64,000 nt of DNA from Amoebophrya sp. A120 (Eukaryota; Protista; Dinoflagellata), in NCBI GenBank assembly GCA_905178155.1, contig CAJINV010000005.1, forward strand, positions 5,550,279 through 5,614,278, in the 5' to 3' direction. The notes beneath the pieces were generated by a model. It was not told the origin of the DNA, ran no database searches, and worked only from the letters and a program-made list of their open reading frames with translations. Position 1 is the stretch's first letter, and each line of letters begins with the position of its first letter. Of the stretch, positions 12,201 to 26,100 are shown piece by piece. The position numbers and the translations under genes are program-made.

Positions 12201-15200
12201 GCCGGCTGAACAAATGGCGCATCAGTCCAACTACCATAATTCCGAAGACCATAGTAGCAGAACTGACGCAGGGTCAGGGACAGCTGCTGCAGCCGCAGTT
12301 GCGTCCTCTGCAAATAATTCCTTCGCGCGCCAGACTAGTGCATCTTCCGAAGTAGACCACCTCACTTGCTACATGTGGCAGGACTCATCAACATCTCCGA
12401 AGCCGGACCTCCAGAGCGCATTAGGTGGCCAGCAACAGCCGCAGGCTCAGGTCCTGCGCCCAGGGCAAGCCGTGAACGTGAGCTCTCATCGCGGTGCGGG
12501 GGTGCTGCCGGCGGTGGCCCAGCCGGAAGCAGTGGCAGTTCCTGCTGGAGGGGTACTATCGCAGCCGCACATAATTCCGGCGCAAGGCGGTGAGATGATG
12601 AATCATGGACAACATCAGCAAGAACTTCAATTTTTACAGCAGCAATTTCAGGGCGTTGGTGTTCTGCAGCAACCTCAATACTTTCCACTACCGCAACAGC
12701 AGTATAACCAACAGCCACAGCAGTACCAGCAGCAGTACCAAAAACCCGAACGACCTCCGCTGGTCAGCACGGCGCCGGACGGACTTCGTGTCATGTCTAC
12801 GTCGGGCCACGATCCGGCTGCCACCGTCTATCATGTCGCTGCTGCACAAGCACAATTGCAAGCAGCAAACGTAGCTGCCGGACACCAGCAGCAAGACGGT
12901 CAACAGCCCCCTGCTTGTTCTTATCTTCCAGCGTACTACACAGGAGCTGATGGGGCAGCCCAAGCAGTAGCTCCGTATGCGATGCCGCAACAGCACTACC
13001 ACCACCCCTGCATTAACCAAATGATGGTAATGAACCAAGCGACAGCACAGGCACAGCAGCAGCAGCAAATGCAAAATGTGCAGCAAATGCAGCTGCAAAT
13101 GAACGCGCCTTACCCGCCTTTTGTGTATGATCCAAATCAAACACCCACTCCGGCGGAAGATGCGTTGGTGGCCGCGCAAGAGCATGCTGTGCAGGCACAA
13201 AAACCAGCACAGCAGCACCAGCACACGGCTGTGCCTGTTATGTCCGCATCTTCCGGAGATGGGGTCGAGCAGGTGCACCAGCACAATCGGGGACATCACT
13301 ACCAACAACGCGACGTGCAAAGAGGCTCACCTAGTAGTACTGCGACCGCAGAAGCTCCTGTTGGAGAGCATAATAAAGGGCGTGGTTCTGATGTACAACA
13401 AGTTGCAAGAACTTTTTCTACACCAACACCGTCATCCCCGTCTACTCAACAACATTCTCAGCTGCTACCGCAGCCGAAGACGCCCCCGCCAGACCATCCC
13501 CCTTCTCCCGTGAATTTGCTTAGTGCGGGAGTGAAAGTTGACCTTGATCGGGAAGGAGGAAAAGAGCGCACTTCATCTACGAAAAAGACGTCGGAGCAGG
13601 TAGCAGCAGCGACAGCTGCGGCATCGTCGTACACGACAGCGACACATGGTGCACAGAGGAAGAAGGCTTCCACAGATACTACACACGCAGCGATTTTTCG
13701 CCCTAATGGAAGCGAGACAGCAGTTGTAGAAAATAACGCGAGCAGCGAATTGGAATTCGTCGCTTCCTCAGTAAGTAGCAGCTCCAGCCAGACAACTCAG
13801 CAAGTAGCAGCTCCAGGCAGACAGCGGGGCCTTGTACAGGGGCAAATGCGAACTGTGAATCATGATGCCGCCGCAGCAGGTACAGATCAGGACGCCGGTC
13901 ATGGACAGGAGTTACGTCAGCCTCGTCACACGAACGAGTCTGATTTATTCGAGGAACAGAAGGCGTTGACAGTAGACCTCGAAATCGCTGACAATGAAGA
14001 CGACACCTCATCTTCGCTGGAAATGAATCGAACTTTGTCGCAAGCTACCATCGCCTCCAGTTCCCAGCCGGTGTTGACGTCAGAGCAGGCGCAATCGCAA
14101 AACTTCTACTCCGCCTCGTCAGAAGTCACGAGCCGGGCGTCCGCAATCTCATCCACCTCCCCCCGTGGCGCAGCATCCTCATCGCAGAAAAGTAGAAAGA
14201 GCCGTAGAGGAGAAGGAGAAAAGGTGTACGATTCGCAAACCGAGACACGGTTACAGGCACGAAGTATCGGCTCCGGTCACGGGAGGCAGCACGAGCACGA
14301 AGGCGCGGGAAGTTCTGCGTCATCCAAAAATGCTCCTGTGCCTGCACCTGCTAAAGCGAAAGCCGCGGGTGTCGTTGATCACATGCGCCAGAATTTATAT
14401 GTTCCCCCGCACGCAAGGTCTTCTGCTGGACCATCGAGCGTGGAAGTTGCTGATATTACATCAAGAAAGAGTACAGCTGCAGAAAAGAGCGAAACTACTC
14501 CTCTTGTTGCCAAGAAGAAGCAGAAGAAGTCCGGCGCAGGAAGTCGCAGTGTAGGTGATGGCGCCTCTTCGTCTGTCGCCTCTTCCTCGAATAGCGGCGC
14601 GGGGGCCCCCCGTACTGGTTTGTTTGCTGCTGCACCAGCCTCGTCAACCGCCCACTCGTCCGAGTACAACCACCAAGAATTAGTAGACTTAGTGCGCGAA
14701 GTGACCACTGGCACCTCTGCTGCTCCGCACGAAAGTGCGGTAGTGGGGCCGTCGCACTACCCGCACCATCACTATTACTATCAGCAGCAAGTGGCAGCGC
14801 AGGCCACAGGAGCTGGTCAGAACCCCTGGCATGCGTATAACAACCACCTGGCCCACCTTGCGGCGCAGGCGCAGCCGCACGGCTACAACCCGCAACTTCA
14901 TGCAATAGAGCAAGGGACTTCTACTGGCAACATTCACGGCGTTTTTCACCACACCAACCATCAAAGTCCCGTCGTCGATCCCTGGACGGAGAGAAACCCT
15001 GCTCTGGCGGAGCAGGTCTTGTATCCCGAGCTGAAAAACGAAATGTTGGAGTACACGAAACACTGGTGTGTGGTTTTCCGTGCGGAAAATCGGCAACGGG
15101 GCCGGCCTCTCTGGACGATCCCGGACTTGCCGCGGTGGTTGAGTGGGGATACCAGCTCGCAGTGTCCGCAGGAACTCGCCAGAAACCCGCACCACGGGGT

Positions 15201-15495
15201 CAACCCGAACGGCTTCAACCCCGATGAGTGGGAGCTGCACATTCCGCCCCGGGACCTTGCGGATTCGCAGTGGTGGGTGCGGTTCCGCAGGCCGAGGGGA
15301 GGGGCTGGGCGAGGTCCGCTTCCGACTGCGTATGGACATCAGCACGTCGTCGGGCAGGAACAGTTACACGATCAGTATTTACGTTACCACCACGGAACCG
15401 CACTGGCTGCGCCAGAAGGCGTGCGCGCTCTGCAGCCTATGTTGCAAGCCACAACGGAAGTGGTCGTGGGGGACCCTGCAATTGAACTGTCGTGA
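9259..15495 (+). CDS. Very large low-complexity Q/S/A/H-rich hypothetical protein (alternative start 9430, signal-peptide-like)
   Basis: ORFs 9259..11259 and 11857..15495 join in frame through a short exon after removing two introners; no recognisable domain. Confidence 0.75.
11221..11440. mobile_element. Introner family G
   Basis: TIR tatgagagtgcacatctccccct / agggggagctgtgcaatgtcata; TSD cttcc. Confidence 0.9.
11485..11791. mobile_element. Introner family E
   Basis: Long family-E TIR; TSD ccagt; frame restored. Confidence 0.92.
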
Positions 15496-16450
15496 TTTTG
15501 GAAAGCGGTTGAATATGAATAAAAACGGGGCAGAGGCAGAGCAGCCTCTTCAACTTCTTGTAACTCACGAGATGAATACAAACACAAATGTAAAATCCGA
15601 TAAAATAATTTCAACTTTTTCAATGTTCTTCGAAGCTCTGTAACTTCAAGCTGACTATCGATGCAGAATGTCCGCGGCGGAACGCAAAATGCTACAGTAG
15701 GAGAAGAACCCTTCTCTGCCATAATTATGCCAAAATGAAAATCCGAAAACCGATGAGAAAAAAGAAATTGCAAGAGAATAAAGCGAAATATGGAAAATCA
15801 AAATTATTGCAAGGGCAGCACCCAGAAGAAAATGATACTGTCGGAAACAGAACAGCATGAATTTCTCGCGCATGTTGAAGATCACACTCGCGAATGCCTC
15901 CATGAAGCCTGTGTTTTGCACCACCTGCGCTAACTATATGAAGTGAGATACTTACTTCTAGCGAAGATGCACAATTTTTACAGAAAGTCTGATGGATTCG
16001 ACATCTCCAAGTTGGTTGGTGTATTCTGACTACTTCTTTGAATGCTGACGTTGTGATCTTCGGATTGGACGATTTCTATGAAATTGTGGTGATGGTGCAC
16101 GAAAGCGCAAGCGCTACGAAAAATTTGTTCTCAATTTTTTACTCTCCACAACGATCATTGACTAACTTGAAAACTTTTATTTGATCACTTTAATCCGATT
16201 TCAATTTCCTGCAAATTTCCAGCGAGAGAAGAATAAGTTTGGCCGCTCTAGACATTTCCTCCAAGCGACATCAAATAGACGTAGAAGTCTTTCGAATTGG
16301 TTTAGTTTCACCTTTGTCTCTTCTATTCAGACATTTCCATGTGATTTCTATTTTCGTGCATTACTTGATCATCTTGAAATATCAGTGAGTGTGACACTCA
16401 CGACGACTTGCACCGACCACTAAACTCCACCACCACGCAGCTCCCAAAAT

Positions 16451-19170
16451 ATGTCGACCCCCAACCCGTCCGACTTGTTCAAGAAGTTCGCCCCGAAACT
16501 GAACAAAAACAAGGCCAAAGCGGGGAACCGACCGGCGAATGCAAGAGGTGGATCCTCAGGCTCGGGTGCAGCATCCAATGCAACTGGATCTGGTCTTCGG
16601 GGGCAACAACATCATCTCCTCGGCGGGAACCAGCCAGGCGCCAAAATCGCCGGGTTGAAATCCAACAGTGCCTCTACCGCCGCGCAGAACGATGTCGAAT
16701 CCTGGTTTGACGACGGCGCGCGGGAGCGCGATCGGCAGTTGTCGAAGGAAGCGGCGATACTGCAAAAGAAAAACATGATGAAGAACAAGCAAGAACTGGG
16801 GGGCGGGCTGCAGGGATACGGAAATAAAGCTAGTAGCGCCGCGAGAGTTTTACCAGGTGCTGCGTCCGCTTCTAAAGCAGCGACAAGTGCGACCACGGGG
16901 AGAAATGTGTTGAATGGAGCGGCGGGAATAAACAATGGCAAGAACAACAACGTGCGGGGAGTGCAGAACGGCACTACAACTCAGCGATCCGGCAGCAGTG
17001 CTGGGAATGCTGTGGCTCGTGCAGCGGGGAGCAGCGCTAGTGGATCCTCCGCTCCGAAGTCCTCTCGACCGCAGCAGTTGTTGGGTGCAGCTTCCTCGTT
17101 ATGGAGGCGTCAGGATCGAAATCGACAAAGTTGAAGTAATTCGTGATGCATAAAACGGATACCAGTTGGCGCCTAGTTTCCAACTGGCGCATGACAAATT
17201 TGGGTAGAGCCGAAATCAAGTCTGTAATGCGGTTTGGGTAAGGAAGACGCCTTTTGTCATGCTACTCTAGCAGCTCTATTGCTATCCCTCAACAGGCTTA
17301 CAGCCTCCCTCCCTTGCCTACTCTGCAAGACAGGAATTTTGTGGGTTGCATCTTATGCATGACAAACTATTTCAACTTTGACGATTTCGATCCTGGCGCA
17401 TCCATACTCGTCTTCGCACAATCAAAGCAACGCTTTCGTTCAAAACCAGCAAAATAACAACACCTCCTTCAACCACGGCGATTTCCACCATAATTATTCC
17501 AACAACACCATGAGCAGCAAGCTCACCTCCCGCCCGTTGACGGAGATTTCCAAATACGAACTCGACGACCCGAACGCATTGTCTCGGCCGACGACCCTGC
17601 CCTTTCAGTTTCTCGACACAGATTACTTTGGCGGGGCGAAAAGCAGAGAATTCTTGCCGGATAGCGCGTGGGCGGGAGCTGGTGCAGTGGTGGGAGAGGA
17701 AGATGATATGGATGGCGACAATTATGCTCAGCTGGTACAACTACAAACCGCTTCCGCAGGAGGGGCGAAAAGCAACAAACCCAAGACTCTAAACGACACG
17801 ATTTCGACCCACTTGAAGGAAAACGAGGACGAAGACGAGATGGAAACTGTGCCCTCGGAGTCCGATGAAATTCCCTTGCGGAAGGTACTGTGAGGAAAAA
17901 TCCCCCCTCCACATATCGAAAAGGTATGTTCCTATAATTTGTGATGCTGATTTGTGGCCACAAGTCCTGTCTCTCTTGCAAGAAGGCAAATCTAAGGAAC
18001 CCGCCGCCTTATGGAGGCGATTTGTAATGCTGTTTCACCTACATGGCAGGCCTCTGCTATGCTAAGCGCCTACAACAAAACACCCCTACGCAGGCTGAGG
18101 CTTTGCCTGTAGTGCCTCACTGCAGGACAGGGCTGATTTGTGTACACAAATCCAGCAGCAGAAGTTTCCGCTTCAATATGGGGAGGGGGGATTTTTCCTT
18201 TTGATAGAAGGAGAAAGAGAAGCAAAGGCTGAAGATAAAGCGAAAATCCTCGACGTCCAGTATAATCATGGACGTTGACGAGGAGGAGGATCCTGGTTCC
18301 GCAGAAGTTCTTCCCGAGTGGGCGACTGTCCAGGCGAAAACCCGACAAGAGTACTTGGAGATCAAGCGAAGTGTCCGAGCGCTCGCACACAACGGGATCG
18401 TGTTGTCCGTGCGGGAGGAAGACCACGCCACCATATGCATTGCAAAAGTATCGTACTAGTTCTAGTATGAATTGCAATACAAATTTCCTCAGCATGAGAA
18501 ATAAATGCGGATTTTACTTGAGAAAGAAATTTGTAATGCATGAATGGGATTACTACATGCACCAGCACGATACTTTTGCACAGGATACACCACTGTTGCC
18601 GACAATGATTTGAACGAGTGGACACACATGGTCACTCCGATGAACATCCCGTTTGCTTCGTCCGCGTTTTACCAGCGCTACGCCAACACCCAGAACGACG
18701 TCGGGACCTTGTTTGTCTACGACGATGGCAGCGTGGAGCTGCAGACGCTCGACGGGATGCGGTTCGACGTGGACCTCGGGACCATTCGCGACCAGCACGA
18801 CCTGTTCGCCAATGACCCGTATCCTGTGCAAAAGTATCGTACTCGTATGACTGCACTACAAATTTCCTCAGCATGACAAATAAAATTTGTGATGCGGATT
18901 GACGTTAAGAAAAAGCTTTGTAATGTATGATCGAAATACGAGTACGATGCTTTTGCAGTGCATAACCCGCATGCCGACGAAATGTACGAGTTGGGCGACA
19001 TGAACCACGAACTTGTCGTGAAAACGAAAAACGACCTGCCGAAAGACCCGGAGACGCTGGCGCGGGAGGCGTTCGAGAAAGGGGAGGAGGTGGACGAAGA
19101 GGAAATGAAATTTTCGGAGGCCTTTGCGGAAATGTTGAAGGAGGTCAGGGAGGGGTTTAAGAAGAAATAA
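16451..19170 (+). CDS. RPC4: RNA polymerase III subunit RPC4 (C53)-like protein, 4 introners
   Basis: Rejoined C-terminus VGTLFVYDDGSVELQTLDGMRFDVDLGT..QHDLFA..EMYELGDMNHELVV resembles the RPC4 domain (recognised by eye); long low-complexity N-terminus is also typical. Confidence 0.6.
17100..17406. mobile_element. Introner family E (opposite orientation to 4568 and 11485)
   Basis: Family-E TIR; internal sequence is the reverse complement of other copies; TSD ctcgt. Confidence 0.92.
17886..18206. mobile_element. Introner family H
   Basis: aggaaaaatcccccctccacatat / atatggggaggggggatttttcct; TSD gaagg also yields GT-AG. Confidence 0.9.
18434..18587. mobile_element. Introner family B
   Basis: Family-B TIRs; TSD cacca; join HAT-TVAD. 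Confidence 0.9.
18820..18964. mobile_element. Introner family B
   Basis: Family-B TIRs; TSD acccg; join NDP-HADEM. Confidence 0.9.
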
Positions 19171-19198
19171 TCATATACAATGTGAATGAGACAAAACT

Positions 19199-19784
19199 TA
19201 TCGCACCAAAAAAATATATCATACTCATACCGGACCGAAAAAAGTCCAAAAAACGCATTTTTTTCAATTTTTGATTTTTCAAAAATCTTCGCGGTGTCCG
19301 GCAGAGTCAGGTACCTTGTTTTGTTTTGATGATGGAATGGCATGGATCTTGCATCTATCTATTTTGGCTGCTTGTAGTAGTTTAACTAGCTATTAGGAGG
19401 CGGTTAGGTGCCGCATATCCGGGAACGCTGCTGGCCACATCCACTCCGTCGGAATCGTCGCCTTCGGCCCCAGGTGGGGCCGAGGAGCATCATGACGAAG
19501 AGCAAGGTCTGGACAAGAGCAGCGGGAGCATCCGTGCCAGCCGCCTCCTTCTAGCTAGTTAAACTACTACAAGCAGCCAACTCATAGCGTAGCATATTTC
19601 TCATCCAAAAAAAATACTCCAGGTCTTACCTCCAAACCCCGCAAATTCGTCGCCGGAAAAAAAAAATCGCTGATGAAATACTTGAGTTTTTCGACAAAAA
19701 TGTTGCGCTTTTTCCAAAAAAATGACAATTTTTCATGGTTGAATTCGCGTGAATATGAGTATGATATATTTTTTTCGTGCGATA
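19199..19784. mobile_element. Introner-type element in the probable 3' UTR, carrying a nested element
   Basis: 31-bp TIR tatcgcaccaaaaaaatatatcatactcata (1 mismatch); TSD aaact. Confidence 0.85.
19356..19586. mobile_element. Nested inverted-repeat element (MITE/introner-like)
   Basis: 29-bp perfect IR ttggctgcttgtagtagtttaactagcta (starts 19364, ends 19580), extendable to ~40 bp; tat...ata ends; weak TSD gcatc/gcgta. Confidence 0.7.
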
Positions 19785-21191
19785 AAACTAAACGCCCACT
19801 GTAAGCAGGAGCATATGCATCTTGCTGCAAAAAACGCGACCCCTGGCGCAACAAGGATTTTCCTCTTTTGTACACCGCGAAATAACCGCTGCCACAGCTA
19901 TAAAACCTCGTCGAACTACCTCTGATATCCAAGCTGCCCACAGGGCGAATTTATTCCTCCTGCTCGTCTGACGACGGCGAGCCGGCGTCATGTGATGTTC
20001 ATCATGTTGACAAGGAGCTTCTGCGACAATTGCCATTTACATTTTTCGGTATCTTCGTGTGCGCAACTTCTGTCCTAGCCGAGAATCGGTGTCGTGGCTT
20101 AGGTTAAATCATCTTTTCGAATTTGGTTAATCGTCACTTTAGCCCAAATTTTTGTTTAGTTGAGATTGAGCAGCGCTGTCGAATTCGGTACAATCACGTA
20201 AGTACTATCAGAGATTTTGGTACCATTGCTGCGTTCGCTGTCTCTCTCTTTTCTAAATGAATGTCGGAAGCATAAAGTATTTTTCCTATACAGCGTGTCG
20301 GTATCTTCAATACAGCTTGGCCTATGGTATGTAATTCAATTCGGTTTATTTTCGTTCGCTTTATTCGCGCTTCCTTTTGTGGAACATTTCGGAATTGAGT
20401 TTATCGTCGCCGTCGTGCCACCTACAAGGGTACGTCAACAATACAAACCTTCTCGTCGGTCATGATGGACTCTGTCTTCCACTTCCTCGATGTCGGTTTT
20501 TCAGTTTTTCGTCACTATTGCTTCGTGAACGTTACTAAAAGCACTTTTCGTACTACGTATTACCACCTCGTGACGTTCACAATTTTCTTTTTCGCTTATG
20601 TTGAAATGGCAGAAGGGATCGGTAGGTTTAAAATTTGAAAGAGCTTCGAGCTAAACTAACTACACAGGACTTGTTGCTGCTGGCAAAGATATCGATAGTA
20701 CCTGAGTAGTAAAGATTTGTCTATTTGATTTGATATATGTGCCAACAACGAGCAACCCCACCCAGAAGCCTAAACAAAAAGTATCCGCCGTAGTTTTCAA
20801 TCAGAGACGCTATTGACTTTTGAGGACCCAAGTGTTGCAAGAAGTACCTCTACGGATGTTGACTGCCGACTTCCACGTGGTCTGCGGTCTCTGCTAGTCT
20901 GGATCGTTCTACAACACGTCGGTGAAACTACATTCTGCGAGCAGTTCCAAAGTCGAAGATTTATCTTGCTGCCATCCTGGTCCGCTCCAAGTCACGTACC
21001 CTGCTGCAGTTGCGGCTGATAAGAAGTACACGAAGAGCTTCATAATTTCGCCGCTCATCGTCTCGTCGCTCTACGCCTGTTGTCGAAGGACCCGAGCTTG
21101 TTACCGAAGCACGCGACGTCGCCCAGCTGTTCTGAAAGAAAATCGGAATAAGCGTAAACCGCAGAGGACCCATACTAAGAGGTATACGCAG

Positions 21192-21893
21192 ATGTTGGCA
21201 GTGGCGGTCGTTTTGTCGTTCGTGTCCGTGCTGCCTCCGGCTTCTTGTACCGGAAAAACAAAAAAGATTGCAAATAAAGTGACAACCACCTCAGCAAGTG
21301 ACGATTCTGATGATGATCCAAATCGTTCCCTTCGCGACGCCCTAGGAAAGGGAAAGATGGGGGACGCGGATAAGGCGCTTAAGAGCGCAATCAAAAAAGA
21401 CGGAAAAACTTTTCTCGAGACGCACGCGCGCCCAGCCCTTGAGTCGATGGCGACGAAGGTCGGAGAAACGCTAGACACGCTCATAGAGCAAGTATCAGAA
21501 GCAGGCACCTCAGCAGGCGCCCGCCCACTTTATGAGCCGATGCACACGTATTGGTACGATGTTAAGAAGCCTGAGGACGTAAACAACGACCTGAACAAAC
21601 TGCGGGAAATCGGAACCAGTCTTGCCCTAAATCATCTCAAACAAGAACCACGCGGCCGCGCCGATGAAGACACATCATTTTCTGGTCTGTCCGCTTTTGT
21701 GACGGCCGCGCCACCTGGTCCTTTGCGTGTTTCTCTTGCAATCGGTGCAGGTCTGCCCGACCTCGTGAGAAAATTGCAGGATGGTCCTCTGCGTGATGCT
21801 CTTGATTCCGCGGTGCGGTCCAAGTCCAGCTCCTTCCTTTCCCGTCGGATGGCCCCGAAGCACGCTCGACAACAACGGCTGGTTATGGCGTAA
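21192..21893 (+). CDS. Intronless hypothetical secreted protein
   Basis: Within ORF 20922..21893; ATG 21192 starts hydrophobic MLAVAVVLSFVSVLPPASC; helical-looking body. Confidence 0.6.
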   Translation: MLAVAVVLSFVSVLPPASCTGKTKKIANKVTTTSASDDSDDDPNRSLRDALGKGKMGDADKALKSAIKKDGKTFLETHARPALESMATKVGETLDTLIEQVSEAGTSAGARPLYEPMHTYWYDVKKPEDVNNDLNKLREIGTSLALNHLKQEPRGRADEDTSFSGLSAFVTAAPPGPLRVSLAIGAGLPDLVRKLQDGPLRDALDSAVRSKSSSFLSRRMAPKHARQQRLVMA

Positions 21894-23163
21894 AGGCTCC
21901 CTCGCCCGCTATACAATACATCCCTATTTGTTCTTCATTTCTCAAAAGAGAGCTCGCTGTTGTTCGATCCCCGTACTACGTCTATATCGTTTTTACTTTT
22001 ACAACTAGCAGCTAATGACCACATGACATAAGGAATCATCTCTCACCGCTTTTTTTTTTACACTTTCTTGACTTGGATCGTTTTTCTCATGTTGATCGTT
22101 TTCCGCTATCTTGGTCAATCATCTTCCTTTCAGGTTTTTCTTCGAAAGATCACTAGACCACCCGGTAAATAAGTAGTCGCTAGTACCGGGTCAAAGTACT
22201 TGACGTTTTCAACATTTACACTTTCACCCATTTTGGCATCTTAATTTTTTTCTCTGTTCCAGCTCTTGATGGATATAATTGGGCGGAGATAATGTTGAAT
22301 GAAGTCAAGACCAACAATTTACGTTCGAATCATATAGGTAGAATTCAAACTCATCCGGCAGGAGCGACATCTATTCCGCGTGATTGGGCAAATAGCACTG
22401 TTCTTCTTCGCAGCTTTAGGAGCTTTGTCTGATCCATGTGTCTGTTTAGTTTTCTTTGATGTGTCGGCTCAAGAATCATGGCATGTGCCAGTCCATAGCC
22501 CTGGCCGCCTTTGAGTTCGATGCGGAAGAACCCCTTGACATATCGCGCGTGATTTTTCTTGCAGTTTCGGTACCAGCACACGAGGCTCATGATCTGCTGC
22601 ATCAAAGCAGAGGCTACTAGTACTGCTCGAGGGCTCAATCTCTGAAAGGTTTCGGCTTTGTTGATGAAGATGAAAATGGATCTTCTGTTGCAAAATGCAC
22701 GACGAGTTCTCTAAAACGAGGATCTCGTTGATGATCACAAATTTGGATCGAACACCCCCTGGGAGAAATTTTGATCTGTTCGGCGATGGGCGTAGTATTG
22801 TTCGAGGAAAACTACATGACAATTGACTCATTTATTTCTGACCATTCTCAGCCCGTTTGGTGAATTCACCGTGACGATTTTTTTTCCAAGTTTTCCTTTG
22901 TAGTTGAAACAATAAACACGAACAAATTCAAAGTTTTCTTGATTAAACGAATCATCGACTCGCATTTACATCCATTTGAAACAAAGAAACAAAGCGCTTT
23001 ACTTCTCGAAGTCAGCAACATTCGGTTTCTCGCATTGAAGGAAAGGAGATTAGTACAACTCACCGCGTTCGTTCTGATTTTCTTATTCGATTAAGTTTTT
23101 CCGAAGAAATAGAATTCATTGGAATTTCTACAAAAGTTTTCCTTCCAAGAGGATTGAGACAGT

Positions 23164-26100
23164 ATGTCGGCGTTTTCCAACATTGCACCAAGCCAAGCAA
23201 CGATCTCGTCTTGTGGAGCAGCTGTTTCCGGTGGTCCTGGTCGTCACGACAAGATGCGGACTCTACCACCCAATCTCAAGCTGGCTTGTCGTCTTCTGCT
23301 TGCCGCGGACGTCTTGTCTCCTTGTTTCCTTCATCAAGACGGCAACATTTCTTCTTCTCCCACTGGAGGCCTCTTCGCAACGGGGGTCACTGCGAGAGCG
23401 ATTGGGAGTTATGCTGACGCGCCCACCTCCTATGCAGGAAACGACCAGGGCCAAGCTCGTGTCCGCACCGACGTAGGAGAAGTCTCATCGGGGGAGCTGC
23501 TCCGCCCGAACTTACATGCGGACGCAGGGCAGATTGTTCCAGAAGTGCTTGGTCATCCAAAAGACCATCTTACTCTTCCACAAGCGTCCGTGGGTGCCGG
23601 GTTGCCAGGAAAACCAGCACAAGGTGTTGAGCCAGCTCCCAAGAAGCGGGGCAAGATCCTACCGTTGAAAAACCAAAAGCTGACCCCCGTCGGTCCCAAG
23701 GCCAGCAGCCCCAAGCTCGACGCCAAGCCAGAAATTACTACACCAAAAGACGGCCGCGGTGGCAGGGGCAGCAGCTCTGACGAGGAATATGTTATGGTCG
23801 ACTCCATCTCGTCCACGCCAGCAGCGTCAGCGACAAAATCTTCCGCGTCATCTCCTCCGACGCCGACCGCGTCGGTTGGTGGTGGCCTCGCTTCGCCCGC
23901 TCGCAGCAAGAGTCGAAGTAGGAGCAGCAGTAGGAGCTCCCGTAGTAGCAGTTCATCCCGAAGAACTGCAAATGGAGCAAGACGTTGCTCCCGGTCTTCC
24001 TCTTCCTGCCGGGGAGAAAGATCACTCTCGTCCCGCTCTCGTTCGTCTTCGACGGGCAGGAGCGCGGCTGTAGCAACATCAATCGCCGAACAGCTCAGCA
24101 ACCTCTTCACCTTTAGCCCACTCTTCCAGAGCCGCGGCGAGGGGGAGCCACTGCATGAGGAGCAGCAGCCTTTTGCGTATAATTACCAGCCGGGCCTTGC
24201 GCACAAAACCAGCCAGCAACAACTGGCCGACTAGTTCGACCAGAGTCAGTACTACCATGGTCACAATCTCCGCGTGACACACTGGTACAAGAACTACGGC
24301 CCGAAGGCACACAGGAAGGACCAACTATTCGAGTATAACGACCACTTGCAATACGTATACGAACATCGGAACAACGCAGTGAGGGACTATCTAGCGGACA
24401 TGGCGAAGGAAATCATGAAGACCCTCATGGTAGAAGCCCACCAAGGGAACAAGCTCTTGAAAACAACTGAGAGAACAGCAGGAGGGGCAGCTCCAGTGCA
24501 GAAAAAAAGTACTAGCACCAGACCTACAACAACTGGTGTGAATATGAAACATCAAGCCGTCCTCGCTGCTAAAAATATCCTCGATAAGCTGCGAGCAAAG
24601 AATGACCGCACGCTCTTGCAGCTGTTTGAGACCGACTTTTTCGAACGGAAAGATCAAGATATGGAACTTGCAGCTGCCCCGGACGAGAAAGGGAGAAAGG
24701 GACCACAGCGGGGCCAGGCGTCCCTGGCGTACGCCGATGAAGAGGAAATTCTGGCAGGAAAAGTTGGACGTGACGTCGACGGGAAGGGGACACTGAAGCC
24801 ACCTTCGCTTAATGACATTATCCGGTTGTGTTGGGCACCAGCTGCAGGATCAGGAGAGGAGATGAAGCGACCGGATGTGGATTTCGGTGGAAATGATCTT
24901 CGCGCAAGTGGAGGTCAACAAGATAGTCGCACAAGAGTCTCCTCAACGCCGGCGCGTGCAAGTAGTCGTCCCAAGCCGCCAGCGCGCATGATTATGCACA
25001 ACCTGAGTGAAATCCATGACCTCTTCTCCTTCCGGACCCATCCCGCTGTTGTAGATCTTTGGAGGCACCTATCAAGTGTAAAAATGTCTGGGTCTGGAAA
25101 CTTGTGATGCTTTGTGGCATATCATGAGGAGGCCACAATTGCTGGCTCAGCATGACAAGTTTCTGAGCTTCTAGGTGTTGCCTATTCTGCATGACAAACT
25201 ACGTTTCTGCATGACAGAAAAGTGGGGCGCTTTGTCAATGTGCATGACAGATTTAAGAGTCATGCCAAACAAGCACGACAAACATGAATTCTTCAAGACC
25301 CAGACATTTTTACATTTGATAGCACCGCTGCGAAACCGATAGGGAAGGTTTGGTTCAGGACACCCGCTTGGGCTACGCATTTAGCATCTGGAAGGCGCTG
25401 AAAGAGGTGCGGGATGGGGTACTAGTAGGAAACGAAATGATTGGAGGTGGTAGGAGCGCCACCTCTTCTACTATCGGCGAGGAGATTTTGAAGCACTTGA
25501 TTTTGAACGGAGAGGCCGACCGAGTTCCTTTACTTGGCAACCTGCAATTGACCTCCGAATGGCGGCGCACCTACGATGCTGAGCACGCCTCTGGGCAGCT
25601 GTTGCAGAGGCTGGAAGACTGGCACAAAAGATTGGAGCAAGTGTTGGAACAAGAAGGGTCCTTGTCGTCGTTTTCATTCGCCATGCCGTCGTCTGCTGCG
25701 CCGGATGAAGAGCCGGAGGTTATTTCGATTTCCTCTGCCTCTTCGGACTTCGAAGTGCTGAGCAACACCAGTGATGCAAACGATGAGCTGTTAGAAGAGT
25801 TGGAACGGCTTGCCGTTTTGCCCAAGACTGTCGTGCAGAAACTCAGGCAGATGTCTTCGAGGTGGTACCAGCAACCGATCTTGTCTTTCCTTCGCGAGTT
25901 GCAGGACAAAATCGAGAGGAATCTGGAGGACCATGTCTTCGCTTTGCATTACGACCAAGTTGGGACTGACCACTTTGTCCTGCAATACAGTGCGAAAGAG
26001 GACCTTGTTGTGCAGCAACTATCTCAAGCTGCAGCTTCGCGTAAAATAAACGGCGCTACAACCAAGAGCATGGACCTTGTGCAATCCGGGTTTGAGCTCC

